64,000 nt of DNA from Lama glama (Eukaryota): assembly GCA_028534125.1 (NCBI GenBank), contig CM052817.1, forward strand, positions 27,096,001-27,160,000, in the 5' to 3' direction. A program made the translations under genes and the position numbers. The notes beneath the pieces were generated by a model that did no database searches, was not told the origin of the DNA, and saw nothing but the letters and a program-made list of their open reading frames with translations. This document shows, in pieces, positions 25,370 through 38,252 of the stretch (positions within the stretch are counted from its first letter, which is position 1; every line of letters begins with the position of its first letter).

Positions 25370-25930
25370 TGGACAGGCAGGAGACAGACAGTAAGCAGCA
25401 AACATATGAGTAAAGTGCCTGGTGTGACAGAAGGGGAAGAAAGCTGTGGAAAAAAGAAAGAAGAAATCAGCAGAGCCAGGTAAGGAGGTGGAGGAGAGGC
25501 CTGTGGAAAATGGAAAGGTCAAGGTCAATCTGGAATGTGTTGATGGGGGCCAGTCAAGGTCAATCTCATTGAGAAGATGACTCAGCAAAACGGAGGCATC
25601 TGGAGAAGAGGATTCCCCAGGGAGGGAAGAGCCAGGGTGGGGAGGGTAGGAGTGAATGACGGGAGAAGAGTTCCAGCTGACAGCAGAGGGCCACAGGTGG
25701 GGGGAGGGGGCAGGTCATATGCGACCTCGGAGGCCACTGTGAGGACTTCGGTTTTATTCTTTGTGAGATGATTGATGGGAAGCTATTTCAGGATTTTAGG
25801 CAAAGGTGTAACATGATCTGATCTTTGTTTTAAAACAATCCCCCTGGCTACTGGTTGGAAAACAGACTGTAGGGAAATGAGAGAGAGAGACAGAGAGTGT
25901 AGAGAGTAATGTCCAGGTTTGAATGACCCT
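25370..25930 (-). mobile_element. L2 fragment
   Basis: Antisense L2 phrases (gttccagctgacagcag; aggccactgtgaggactt; catgatctgatct..ttttaa; gtaatgtccagg). Confidence 0.6.
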
Positions 25931-28859
25931 GGGCTGGGCGGCTTACAGGACCACACTCGTCCACCTTCTCACTCCCATCTCTCTTTTTCTTGCCCTTCTT
26001 CCAACACACACAGTCCCCAGTACACACACGCACACGCACATTGCAATACCCACACACACACACACACCCCATACACACACACCATCAGATAGGAATGGTA
26101 GCGTTGTTGGAACTGTGACTGGGAGCCCACCCCCTGGTTCTGACTTTCTTATCTCCAGTAGAACCAAGCGTGGACGTGGGGCAGGTTCTGGAGGCACAGA
26201 AATAGCTGCACACAATCCCTGAGGGACGGAGAGAGATGGAGAGGGACGGAGACAGACGGAGGGAGGGAAAGAGGCAGGTAAGAGCACACTGATGACATGG
26301 CCCAACTGCTCATGGTCCCTGGCACAGACTGGGCGCTTTGTGAGGGAGGGTGAGGGCTCTGACTCCGGGGGTGGGGACGTCACCGGTGGCCAGGAGCTGA
26401 GGGAAGCCTTGAGGAGAAGGAGGCTGTCAGGCAAACACTGTTAGTGGGGAAAGTGGGTGGCGGGCCAGGCAGAGTGAAGCCAGAGGCCCAGAAGAGAGAG
26501 AAAACCTGCTTTTCTGATTCAGAAACTGTAGACAGTTGAGGAGGGGCTGACACGGGGGGGGGGGAGGGCTGGGTAGAGGGAGTGGGACTACGGGGGGGGG
26601 GGGACAGGAGGGTTTGAGAGCCCATGCTCAAGACTGTGGCTTCTTTCTCTAGGCAGAGGGGAGTTTCGGGTAGGTTGTAAGCGGAGGAATGAACCCAAAT
26701 AGCTTTCCAAGCAACCAGAGGTGGCAGCCCCCTCCCCTTTTCCATCAAGGGCGACTTGGAATCAAATTCATTTAATAGGAGCTGGCGCTGTTGCCCTTTA
26801 CTGTGAGTGTTTACGGCCGGGTCGTTTCTCCAGGAATGCAAGCCAGGCTCAGTGGAGCAAGAAGGAGGTAAATCTCTTTTGCACAATAACAGCAGTCTGC
26901 ATCGCTCCAGAAGGGCACGGCCAACAGTCTTCTGTTTGCTAGACTCCCAGGGAGAGAGCAGGGAGCAGTGTCCTGTGCTTATACTGTATCCCTAGCACCA
27001 AGGATTATGCCCGGAGCTTAGCAGACAGACATTCAAGTGTTTTTGTTTGTTTGTTTTGTTTTTTAATGTTTAGAGGAATGGAAAGGCCAAAGCCATGTTA
27101 GTAGGAGACACATCCTTACCACCACACAAGGCATGGATGTCATGCTGACTGCGTCATGGCGAGGAGTGCTTACTCCCCTTGGGTGCTGGAGAGGGACTGT
27201 CTATAGCTCTCTCTGGTGGGAAGACTGAGTACAGAATTTACAGCTGCCCTTGTTCAGGGCACTGGAAGCCACTCCAAGCCCAACGCTGACCCTGAGCCTG
27301 AGCCTACAGTAGGTGCTCAATAAATGCATTCATTGACTGAGCAGAGGAGAACCTGAAAGAAAGGGGAAGGTAACCCCGGGAGACCCTCTTCTGGGGAAGA
27401 GGCAGTCAGAGGAAAGGATGAGTTAGAATTCCTACATGTTTCCTCTCACACTTTACCGACATTCAGGAGTTTGTTGTCTACCCGAGTCTTCACCGAAGGC
27501 CTTTGTGTGCGCAGAGGAGTCTGGTGCTGGTCTGATGCTGTCCATCTAGGAAGGTGGCCTGGGGAGCGGAGGGGGCCTCATCTTCCACCGCTGCCTGTGA
27601 AGTGTCTGCAGAGAAGGAAAGGAGTGGAAGGGACAGGCCAGTGTCTTATCACTGGTTATTGACTGAGCTGCCATAGGTGGCAGGGGTCGCCTTGGGCGTG
27701 AGAATCCCGAAAGCTGAATTCACTGATGGCCCCTGGGGGTTCTTGAGGAGCATACACTATGACCTCAGAATACTCTCTGATACTATTTTAAATTTACAGT
27801 GAGAAGCAGTGGAAGTCAGTAAGGACTCGAGATTCAGAAGACTTGGATTTGAATCTTGACTCTGTCACCAGCTACATACATTTCCTTGGTCAAGCAGCTT
27901 TAAGTCTCAGAGTCATCATCAGAACAGGAGAAGAGCTACTTAGCAGGGCTGTCGTGAAGATTAAAGGAGAGAAGGCTTGTAATGCACTTTTAAAATTAGA
28001 ATGAATATACGTGATTGTTCAAACCTTTTAAATTATAGTGTATAACACAGAAAGACATATAAAATAATTGTTCAACTTGATGAAATTTTTTAAAAAAATG
28101 AGTGGTTTCCTAACCTATTCCCCACAGTAGATCTCCCCTTCTAACATGTTATTTACCTGGCTCAGCACCGGTTCGGGGCAAAATGGAGCTGTAACAAGTA
28201 TTTTGGACGGCTGTTATTCCCCTTCCGGCAGTCCTTCGCTGGGAAATGGGCTGTGATCAAGTTCCACAACTCTCCCGGCATCAGGGTGGGCAGGACGTTC
28301 AGGCGCCCTTGGAGCATCTTCTATGTGGTCCCCTCCGTGCTTTTTCCTAGAGCCAGCTGACTAGCTGCTGAACCTGGGTCGTCTTTCCCCTGTTGACCAG
28401 ACCATATTTTTGTAAAGTCTTCTTGTTTGCCTTCAAAGGGATATTTTGGGATACCAAGTATCAGAGTCCTTGATCTTCTGTTTAACGCAGGGCAAGTGGT
28501 GCCCACATACTGCCTGCACAGCCTTCCTCTCCCTGTCAAAAAGCAGGGTCTTTTGTTGTCCCAATGGTTCTAAGCCCCTGAAAGTAGGATTGCTCCTTTG
28601 GTGATTACTGATGAATTATTATAAGGCAGGCACCCTTGGAACCACCACCACCAACCTCCCAGAAGTCTTCTGTGTGCCCCGTTTCAGTCGCAACTCTCTG
28701 CCTCCCCCTGCAAAGTAACTGTTATCTTGACTTTAAAGATAATGTCTTTCTTGCTTGTTGTCACTGAAGTGTGCATCCCTAGATGCTATAATTTTGTCTT
28801 TAAAAATTCTGTCTCTTAAATCCTTTTCTATCTACAGGTTTTTTTTAAACTGGCTTAAA

Positions 28860-29180
28860 AAAAGATTATATTTTAGAGGAGTTTTAGGTTCACAGCCAAA
28901 TGGAGATGAGTACAGAAATTCCCATATTTCCTGTCCATGCATGTACAGCCTCTCCCTTAGTCAACATCCCCGACCAGAGTGGAACATTTCTTACAGTTGA
29001 GGGACCTACACTGACACATCATAGTCACCCCAAATCCATGGTTTAGAGTTCACTCAGTGTTGTACATTCTGTGGGTTTGGACAAACATGTAATGACATGT
29101 ACCTACCAGTATTGTATCATGCAGGGTGGTTTCACTGCCCTAAAAACTCTCTGCGCTCCAGCTATTAATCCTCTGCTTCT
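28860..29180 (-). mobile_element. L1MC/MD-like 3' fragment
   Basis: ttttaggttcacagc..gtacaga..cctacactgacacatcat..ccaaatccatggttta. Confidence 0.7.
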
Positions 29181-29821
29181 GTGATGCATTTTTTAATACA
29201 GTGCCTCCAACTGCCTCCCTGCATATTCTGAGAAGGGATTCTAAATGAGATAGCTAAAAAAAATCTTCAGATACAGCAAGTCCAAAAGATTGCAGCCTCA
29301 TGGTTTTTTTTTTTTCCTGTTCCTAAAACCAACTGCCTCAGCTTCTCTGTGTGTGAAGTTGCCTCTATCTGATATACTCTTTCTCCATGTCTTTGAAAAA
29401 CAGACTGTACCTCATCATTTAAGACACAACTCAATTGTCACCTTGATGGCGCCGGTATTGCCATCACCACCACATCGCCCTCTGTCATTCTCTCCTACCT
29501 CTCTCACTCTGCTTTCATTTTGGAAGTTACCCCGTCCCCTACTTAAAATCTCCTGGGGGCTGGGGACTTCGGCGTCCCTTCCACCAACTTACATCAACAC
29601 CTGGAACAGTCTTCGAGAGACTGTAGGACTCAATATACATTTGTTTATTTCAGAATTTCTTAAGTTTCCTTCTGTGAGGTATTCTGTCATCTTTCCGTCT
29701 TCAATTCACGTTTCTATATTCTACTACCACCTACTCGTTTCAGAATCAACGGAAACAAAAAATCCTAATTTGTTTTCTTGGAGGATCTCACATCACAGCT
29801 GCTAAGAGATCAGCAAACTTT

Positions 29822-29974
29822 ATTTTATTTTTTTAATTTAATTTAATTTTTAAATTGAAGTATAGGCAGTTACAATGTGTCAATTTCTGGTATACAGCAT
29901 AATGTCCCAGTCATGCATATATATATACACACACACACACATACATATGTATATACATATATTTGTCTTCATAT
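29822..29974 (-). mobile_element. Very short L1 3' end with TSD
   Basis: polyT, ttgaagtata..ttacaatgtgtcaatttctggt; imperfect TSD gagatcagcaaacttt (29806-29821) / gagatcagtaaatttt (29975-29990). Confidence 0.75.
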
Positions 29975-30264
29975 GAGATCAGTAAATTTTAGAGTAAAGA
30001 TTTCCTGGCCATGAATCTGTGGAAATCTGTGGAAGATCTTTTTGGGCTTAAGTTTCATCACCTGTAAAGTGTGGATGAAACTATTTGTCTTTTCCAGCTC
30101 ACTTTAGAGGCTGAAACCTGGAGTCCCGCCCCTCATCTCCATACCCAGCCTTAATGAGTTGCCTCCCAAATGTGTTCAGAATTTGTCTTCTCCCTCTACC
30201 CCCACTGACACTCTCAGCTCAGGCTTTCAGTGTTCCTCACCTGGATTATTGCAACAACCTTAAA

Positions 30265-31200
30265 TTTTTAAAAAATTTTGGTAAAATACACATAACATAA
30301 AATTTAACATTTTAACCATTTTAAGTGTACAGTTCAGTGGCATTAAGGACATTCACATTATTGTTCAACTATCACCACCATCCATCTCCAGGACTCTTTA
30401 TCTTGCAAAACTGAAACTGTCTACACATTAACAATAAATTTCCATGTAGCCCTCTTTCAGTCCCTGGAATCACCACTCTGCTTTCTGTCTCTGTAGATTT
30501 GCCTATTCTAGGAACCTCACATAAGTGGAATCATATAGTATTTGTTGTTTTGTGGCTGGCTTATGTTACTTAGCATAATGTCTTCGAGGTTCATCTGGGC
30601 TGTAGTGTGCGTCAGAATTTTCTTCCTTTTTAAGGTGGAATAAGATTTCATTGTATGATGTGTCACATTTTGCTTATCCATTTATCCATTAATGGACACT
30701 TGAGTTGCATCCACCTTTTGATTATTGTGAATAATGCTGCTATGAACATGGGTGTACAAATATCTCCTCAAGATCCTGCTTTCAGTTCTTTTGGATATAT
30801 GCCCAGAAGTGAAATTTCTGGATTGTATGGTAATTCTATTTAAAACTTTTGAAAACCTGCCGTACTCTTCCATGTAGCGGTATCATTTTACATTTTCACT
30901 AGCAATGCACAAGGGTTCCAGTTTCTACACGTTTTCAATGATGCTCATTATTTCTCCTTTTGTTTTTTATTTGTTTTAGTAGTAGCCATCCTAATGGATG
31001 TGGGGTAATACTGCGGTTTTGATTTGCATTTCCATAATGATTAGTGATGCTGAGCACCTTTCCATCTACCTATTGGCCATTTGTGTGTCTTCTTCGGAAA
31101 AATGTCCTTTGCCCCTTTTTAAATTGGGTTATTTGTTTTTTTGCTATTGAGTTGTATGAGTTCCTTGAATATTTTGATTATTAACCTCGCATTAGATACT
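30265..31200 (-). mobile_element. L1MA/MB fragment
   Basis: taaaatacacataacataaaattta..gtgaataatgctgctatgaacatgggtgtacaaatatc; minus peptide [21 protein letters not shown]. Confidence 0.88.
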
Positions 31201-34200
31201 GTATCTAGTCTTTATGAAAACAAATTGCCTCGTGTTTCATGGTCACATCTTGAGTCATTGGGCATTGCATTTCCACATGGCACTATATCTAGAAGCTGAG
31301 AATTGAAAAGGTAAAATGTCTGGACCCGCCTGCTCAAAGGACTGAGAAGGCAGTCACAGAAGAAGAAAGAGAGGGATTAAAATGTACCCAAACTAAAGAA
31401 ACAGAATCCCCAGTGACAGCTTGGTGTTGTCGGGGGGGAAGTAGAGATCCCTGGTGAGCTTTGGCATCTCCAAGGGGCATAGTTGGCAAAGTGGTCAAGG
31501 CTGAGTCTTGGGGTTCAGTGCTGGTGAGCTGTGTGCATCCTCCAGCCTGGTCCCACCCTAATTAGGACGTTAGGTAGCTTTTTCTACCTTTTTCTCAGAC
31601 AAGAAAGCTCAGTGATTGCTTCTGACCAGGATATAGTTCTAGCTAGGGCTGAAAACTCCAAGAAGATGAATTCTTTTCTGATACCTTCTGGACTTGCCAG
31701 GAATAACACAAGAGTCTGATAATAAATTAGAATGAATCAAAATTCATTTATTTTGATAATCTTTATATCTATACAAGGCAGTCCTCTATTTCACTCTGCC
31801 TGTCCAAGTTAGGAATTTTAAACAGTCTTCCACAGTCAAATGAAGTCTTTTTCTCTGTATCTTGCCAGCATCCGAACACTTTTCCTTATGTTGAGAGTGG
31901 AGGGGAAATAGGCACAGGCATGGGCTGTTGTCCTATAGCACCTTAAACAGCCCTCAGTTCTATCAAATGCAGTACAGATCCAGACAGAGAAGTCCAGCCA
32001 GAGCAGAAACCCATAACAGTGCTGCTTACTTGGCTTTGCCTGTTCTGGTCCCTAGAATCTTGGCTGCCATGGTCAGGTAGGGTTCAATAGTTCAGTGCTA
32101 TTGAATGTGCTTAGCTGTGAAGGAGATAATTAAATAATAAGTTTTAGTAATCTCCCTCTAACTCACTTATTTACATGTCTGTCTCCTGGCTAGACGAAGA
32201 ACTTCTGGAGACAGAAGATTTGCTTTATTTATTGTTGTATCTCCAGCAATTATCTCAGGGTCTGGCACAGAATGGAAAATTGTAACTGTTGATAAAATTA
32301 ATGATTGGGATAGACTCTGTCTCTTTGGGAAGTAACAAAATTTATAAGTCCAAATTTATAAGAGGAATGTAAACTACTGCCTAGATAATAATCCATGCAC
32401 TTTGATGTGTGTATATCTGAACCCTGCAAATTACGTTCCAGTGGTCTCATGGTCTTCAAATAAACACTTTCTACTTCTACTTCTGTTGTTTGTTATTAAG
32501 AGCTGCTTCATATGACTTAATTAATCTTTTATTTTTCTGTCCTGCTCTCAAGTGTACAATTTGAAGAAAATGTTCACATTTTGATAGTGTACTTTATTTG
32601 GTTGATGGTCAGTTTTTCCCCACATTAATAATTTATCAAATTTTATTTATTCATAGTTTGATTTCTCATCAGAGCAACACATTTTGAACTCCTCTACCCG
32701 CTAGATTTCCACCTTTAACAATAACAGAGCATGAAAGTGGAGCACGTAGAAAAGTAAATACTAAATTTCAGCCTGAAAACACGACAGGAAACCTCAGATA
32801 TTTTTGCCTGTGTGATTGCCACATGCAAAGGAAAGCCACCACAACGATCACCAGCTGGAAACATTAGTGTCCACTGGAAATCAGCACTGGTGACCTATTT
32901 TGGTAGAGACAAACTGTTGTGTTGTCTCATCCCCCAACATAGCGCTGGAGTCAGCATTTTGGGAGAAAACACTCATTTTCAGAGTAAGCTTGAACTTAAC
33001 GTTTTATGAGCTTGTTTAATAGCAGCCTCATAGTGTTTGCTACAGTTCAATTTCTTCTAAAGGATCTCTGTCCTTGGGCCTTCATCTAAACTAAAACGGA
33101 CGCTATAGTACTTAAAACATACAACATTCAGAACCAACAGAGAGTAAAAGGAATGGGGCTGATTTTCATGTGTGTCTCAAGGACAATGGCTAGTACTGAC
33201 TGCCATCTTATTTGGGAATCTGCCTCACATGCTAGAATTCTTCAGAATGAAAAGTTCAGGTTTAGCTTAGCCTAAGGCAGAGGAAATATTTTGCCCTGAC
33301 TTCGGGTTGCTGTGGAAATGGAACAGAAAAACCTCTCTTGCAAAGATCTAGGAAAGCCATGCTGACATCCTTTCAAACATCACTTTTCACAGAGTAGGGT
33401 CTGGTATATATTAGAGAACTTCTGCCTTGCATTTCATAACCCCCTCATTTGAGGGTATGTTTTAAAGAAGCACCAAGATGAAATACCCCATTGGGTAGTT
33501 TGGAATTTTTCTCAAGTACATCTCAATTCCAGGCTACTTTTTCCTCTTGGTTGCAGGCTTCAGCTGTTCTCCAGTGATCTGTTGGAAATTGTGTTTGACT
33601 GTCGTTACATCTGGTTGGTACAGAAGACTTAGAAGAATGTTTATGACATGACCTATCAACACTTATATAAGTTTTCATTGGCTGAAAGCGTCAGTGACTG
33701 ACGTCTCTAACGTTCACTCCTGTGAGACCTGTGCCCTTCCTCACCAACGTGGCCACTGTGGGGGATGCCATTTTCTTATATGACCCCGCCCCCTAATCCA
33801 CGCTGAGCTGGGTCTATTCCTTGAATTTGTTGTAATATGCAGAAAGCCAGTCTGCAGTGACAGCCAACAGAGCCAAAATGGAGAGAATAAGAAGAGAGAC
33901 CAGGAGAGAAGGGAGCAAAAAGGGAGCACTGGCTGGCTTTAGGACCCTGGTTCCAGTCTCGGGCTCAGCCACATCCCTGCTGGGTTTAGTTGGTTTAGTT
34001 GTTCCAACTCTTCTTGAGTTCTGCAAACAAGTAAGTTCTGCTTTCTCTCCATGTTGCTTAGAGGAGTGTTTCTGTCACTTGAAACCAAACAAATACAACA
34101 TCAAGAACATTTTATGGTCACCACTAGGCAAAGTTCTTTTTCCGGAACTTACCTGAATGATCTGTATCTCTAGACTCTATGTGGTCGCCAGAAGTAGTGT

Positions 34201-34464
34201 TATGTGAATTGCTCTCTGCAGAAATTGCTGGGGGAGATAAATGGGAGAACTAAGCTCTACGAAGATTTGCTTCTTCTTTAATCCAAGAGGTACAAAAAGA
34301 TGCTATTACAGACACATGATAGAATAACTTTTGGATACACTTTCTAACAATTATAATTAACTTTCATGTAATTCAAATAAAAAACATACACAGAAACCTA
34401 CTAGGTGCTCAGCACTGCACAGAGATAAAAGGCCAATTCCTTCTGTGTAAGTTCATGGTCTAGG

Positions 34465-34625
34465 GCAGTAGTTCTCCAAGTGTGGTCTTTGAGCTGGCGG
34501 ACTCACACCACCTGGGAACTTGTTAGAAAGGCCAATGATCAGAAACCTTGGAGGTGGGCTCAGCAGTCTGTTTTAACAAGTCCCCAGATGATTCTGATGT
34601 AGCTAACATTTGAGAACAACTGGTC
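34465..34625. mobile_element. MER5A-like hAT MITE
   Basis: Inverted termini cagtagttctc ... gagaacaactg, flanked by tctag on both sides. Confidence 0.75.
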
Positions 34626-35374
34626 TAGGAACTTATTTACATAGACCTGATTGTCCAATCTTCCTTCTCACTAGTGGCACAAAGTATGACGCACCTGGAC
34701 TATAATGAATGCAAACCCATGCCTCACCCCTGATTTAAATGCCTGAACATGGAAATCACTTTGAGCTTTCTGAACAATAAAACCAAGTGCAAAATCCCAG
34801 GAAAATCTCTCATCTCCTTGCCCCAGGGCCAAGAAGAAAGGAAGGTGTGTGCTCCGGGCCTGTCTGAAGTGGCTCCAGTTTATCGTGGCAGATTAGACAA
34901 CATATGGAAATAGCTGTGAATGGTTAGTTCCTGCCGTCCTGGACCCCGTCTTGGCACCACCTCACTCAAACCCAATCTACGAGCAGGGTCTGTGCCAGAG
35001 CCTCTAGGGGGAGGTGTCTGAAAAACATCAGTGATACCGGCCCACAAACCACATCACAGGGCTCTTTATCCTCTATTAAAACTCCATCCTCTATTAAAAT
35101 TTACCACTTGGTTCAAAAAGAAATAGAGGGATAAACTGAGAGCCAACTAAAATCAAAGTATTTAGACAATGTAAGAGTTCTTCCACCCTGAGAGCTTCTA
35201 ATTGACTTTGGCTTTCTGAAGACTCTGTCTCCTAGCTGCCTGCTAATTTTTTTTTTTTTATCATTTTGCTTCTTCAGTTCTTAACTTTTCTATTTCCCAC
35301 TGTTCAACTGAATATTTGGTGACTACCTACCACGTTCCAGACTCTGAACCGAGCACCACGAGATTTCATGCCTG

Positions 35375-36090
35375 TGAAACCGTGGGTAATCATTAGTCGA
35401 ATCCACTTCACCTGCCTTCACTAAACAGGGTCGTTTTAATTGTTGCTGCAAAAGACTTGCATGTCCTCCAAGCAGCAAGGAGCTTAAACAGTAAGCTCGC
35501 CCAAGTTGTTTTCCAGGAACTTGGAATCAGCTGCGTCTAGTTCAAGCTGACCCTGTGAAGACTAGATAAGACCACTGGCCCTCCAACCGGGCGTGAGTAA
35601 GTGTCTGCTCAGTCACTTTTGGATGTCAGAGGGCAGAAACTCCATCCTCAGATCATGCTAAGTGCCTCCATTTTTGAATATGCAGAGGCCTGTGCAGAAA
35701 GACAATTACTGCACTTTTTTCCAATCACCTTTTCCCATGCCCCGCCTTGCCTCAGACAGCCTTACTTCTTTACTCTATGCTATAAATACTCCCAGCCCCT
35801 TGCCATCTGGGGGGTAGATTTGAGACTTGTTCTCTCTGCTCCTCACTTGGCTGCCTTGTAAATAAACCCTCTGTTTGCTGCAAATCTTGACTTCTCAGCA
35901 TTTTGTCCTGCTGCATATTGGGCAAAATGAACCTGGTTTTTTTTTTGAAATTGAAGCAGAGTTGATTTACAATATTGTTTTGGTTTTTGGTGTACAGCAT
36001 AGTGATTCAGTTACACATCTATTTTCCTTTTCATATTCTTTTTTGTTATAGGTTATTACAAGCTATTGAAAGTAGTTTCCTTTCGTAACA
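35375..36090 (+). mobile_element. ERV1-like solo LTR containing a nested L1 3' fragment (~35937-36081, minus strand)
   Basis: TG...CA ends with 4-bp TSD cctg (35371-35374, 36091-36094); TATA (ctataaata ~35780) and aataaa (~35861). Confidence 0.75.
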
Positions 36091-36420
36091 CCTGCTCTCA
36101 AGAAGCATGTAGTTGGCAATACTCCATAGTCAGTCAGCCGCCGTTGTCAGGCATTGAACTAGGTTCTGGGGGTTCACAAAGGAATACAGCGTGGCCCCCA
36201 CAAGGAAGGAGTTTGTCGTCAGTAGGAGGAGACGGGGACAAGCCTAACGTGATAAGAGCTGTAGTGGTGGTAAGAAGGCACACAGAGACAAGAGTGGTTG
36301 ACTCTGCGAAGGAGCTGAGGAGGATTGGGAGGAGAAGGCGCTCCTGGACTTGGGTTGGCTGTGTGATAGACAAGGGACAGCATGTGACAATATGGTGTGA
36401 CCAGAGAAAAGGGAGACACT

Positions 36421-36773
36421 TGTCGGCAGCCTTAAGTGAGTAGGCCGTGGGACCCAGGTCAAAGGTCACAACAACTCACTTGTGTATGAGGTAAGAGGTA
36501 AATGTACGCGCGCACCAGTTATGTACGCCTTATGCACAAAGAAAGTAAAGGTACGCATGCGCTAGTAGCATTCTGTAAGTAGTATGAACAAAGAAATGAA
36601 CAATGCACATGGCGGGCAGAGTAGATGAAAGCAGGACAAGTGCGCCACGCGGGCACGCACCATCTTGTTGAACCAGAATAAAGTGCTGTTGTGCTCCATG
36701 CCGGCTCCTCGCACATTTTTCTGGTTGGGCCGCTCACTTCCTGGAATCCCTCTTCAGCCCCCCTTGGCTGACA
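36421..36773 (+). mobile_element. ~353-bp CpG-rich solo LTR within an L2 remnant
   Basis: Inverted termini TGTCGGC...GCTGACA; AATAAA at 36677-36682; L2-like sequence resumes on both sides. Confidence 0.6.
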
Positions 36774-37019
36774 GCGCTCATGGTGGCTGGAGGGTAGGTT
36801 TCACGACTGAAGACTGGGATGGAGCGGTAAGCAAGGGCTAGGTTGTGGGGGGCTGCCTGTGCCACATGCCAGGCTCAAAGGCCAACACCTGATTCTCTAA
36901 AGAGAAGTTCATCAGGGTTTTCTCAAGCAGGGAGGAGGTATGGTCAGTTACAGGCTCTGGAAAGAACGGGGAAGCAGTGTGGAGGATGGATTTGAAGGGA
37001 TAAAAGCAAGAAGTGAGTG

Positions 37020-37440
37020 TTTTAGTTATCAGTCCCTGTATAACAGATGACCCCAAACTGAATGAATGAGAATAACGATGATCTGTTTCTCATAATTTTG
37101 TGAATCAGTTGGGTGTCTCTTCTGCTGGTCTCACCTGGGCTCACTGATGTGATGACATTCAGCGGGTAGGTCAGCAGAGGGTTGGACAGGCCTCTTTACC
37201 CTTATGGTCTCAAGGCTCTTCTCTTTCATCACGAGTGGTTGGTCATTGTTTGGCGTCCAGGCCGCATTTTCTAATGTAGTGGTGAGAGCATTCCAAGAAG
37301 GCAAAAGCTGAAGCTTCAAGTCTTCTCCAGGCCTACCTTGGAGGTTGCACAGGGTCATTTCTACTGCAGTTACTATTCAAAGCCATGTGGGAGGAGATGA
37401 CAGAGGATGTGACTATTTGGTTTATTGGGCGCCACACAAC
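37020..37440 (-). mobile_element. MLT1-type LTR
   Basis: ttagttatc..ctgtataacagatgaccccaaact..tttctcataattttgtgaatcag. Confidence 0.65.
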
Positions 37441-37611
37441 CAGAAGGTCATTTTTAGAGAATAGACAATGAGGGGCTGAACTGAGTTAGCAGTAGTGCGA
37501 GTGGAGGGGAGCAGGTATTCAGCAGATGTAAGAATCAGTCATAAAATAGGAGGTTGTATTAAAGCCCGGATGAGAGTTCTAGGCAGTGCTAGTGAGGAGC
37601 AGGTCACAGGT

Positions 37612-38015
37612 GTGCTGGATGCTGTTGGTACTCCCTCCCCCAGCCTTTGCATCTGCCAATCCCCTACCCACTAGCAGCTGTGAGTGCTGGCTGATAACCA
37701 CCCACAGCTGTTCCTTTCTCTGGAAAATTGCTCTTGGCTGAACAGGAGCTGTCTTCCAGAGAGGGGATGTACCCCACCCCTATGACGGAATGGCACAAGG
37801 TGCAAAAGTCCTTCCCTTGCCTGCAGGTGGGATTGACTCAGTGGTACAGTTTGTGCTCCAGAACTTTCCTGTGGCATCAGATTCCAGCTAATCCCAAGTG
37901 AGATAACGTCTTTCCTTAGCTGTCCCCCACCGGCCCCCAGTCCTATGCTGCTTCCCTCAGTCCCCGTCTCCTGAGAGCATTCCCTGGATCTGCTTCTAGG
38001 AAACCCCACATGAGA
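37612..38015 (+). mobile_element. LTR16-like (ERVL) LTR
   Basis: tgctggatgctgttggt..cacagctg..cccttgcct..ggtgggat..ctcctgagagcattccc..tgcttctaggaaaccc. Confidence 0.6.
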
Positions 38016-38169
38016 AGCAAGGAGAAAATGCTCATATAGGCACTGGAACTTCTGATGGGCTTTGCTCCTCTGTGCTTTCTTACTTATGCCGTTTTCTCCA
38101 TCCAGTTTCAGTTCATTGTTTCTCTCTCTACTTTCTGTCTTTTCCCATATAAGATAGTTTCCCTTCTTA

Positions 38170-38252
38170 TAATTTTTTTCTTTTCTTTTCTTCTTTTCTT
38201 TTCTTTTCTTTTCTTTTCTTTTCTTTTGTTTGTTTGTTTCTTTCTTTTTTTT
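38170..38252. repeat. (TTTTC)n/(TTTG)n simple repeat
   Basis: Direct reading. Confidence 0.85.

Noticed and set aside
26712..26728. Additional CTCF-like strings (also ~27670)
   Set aside because: AGGTGGCAG half is present but the 5' CCAS part is mismatched
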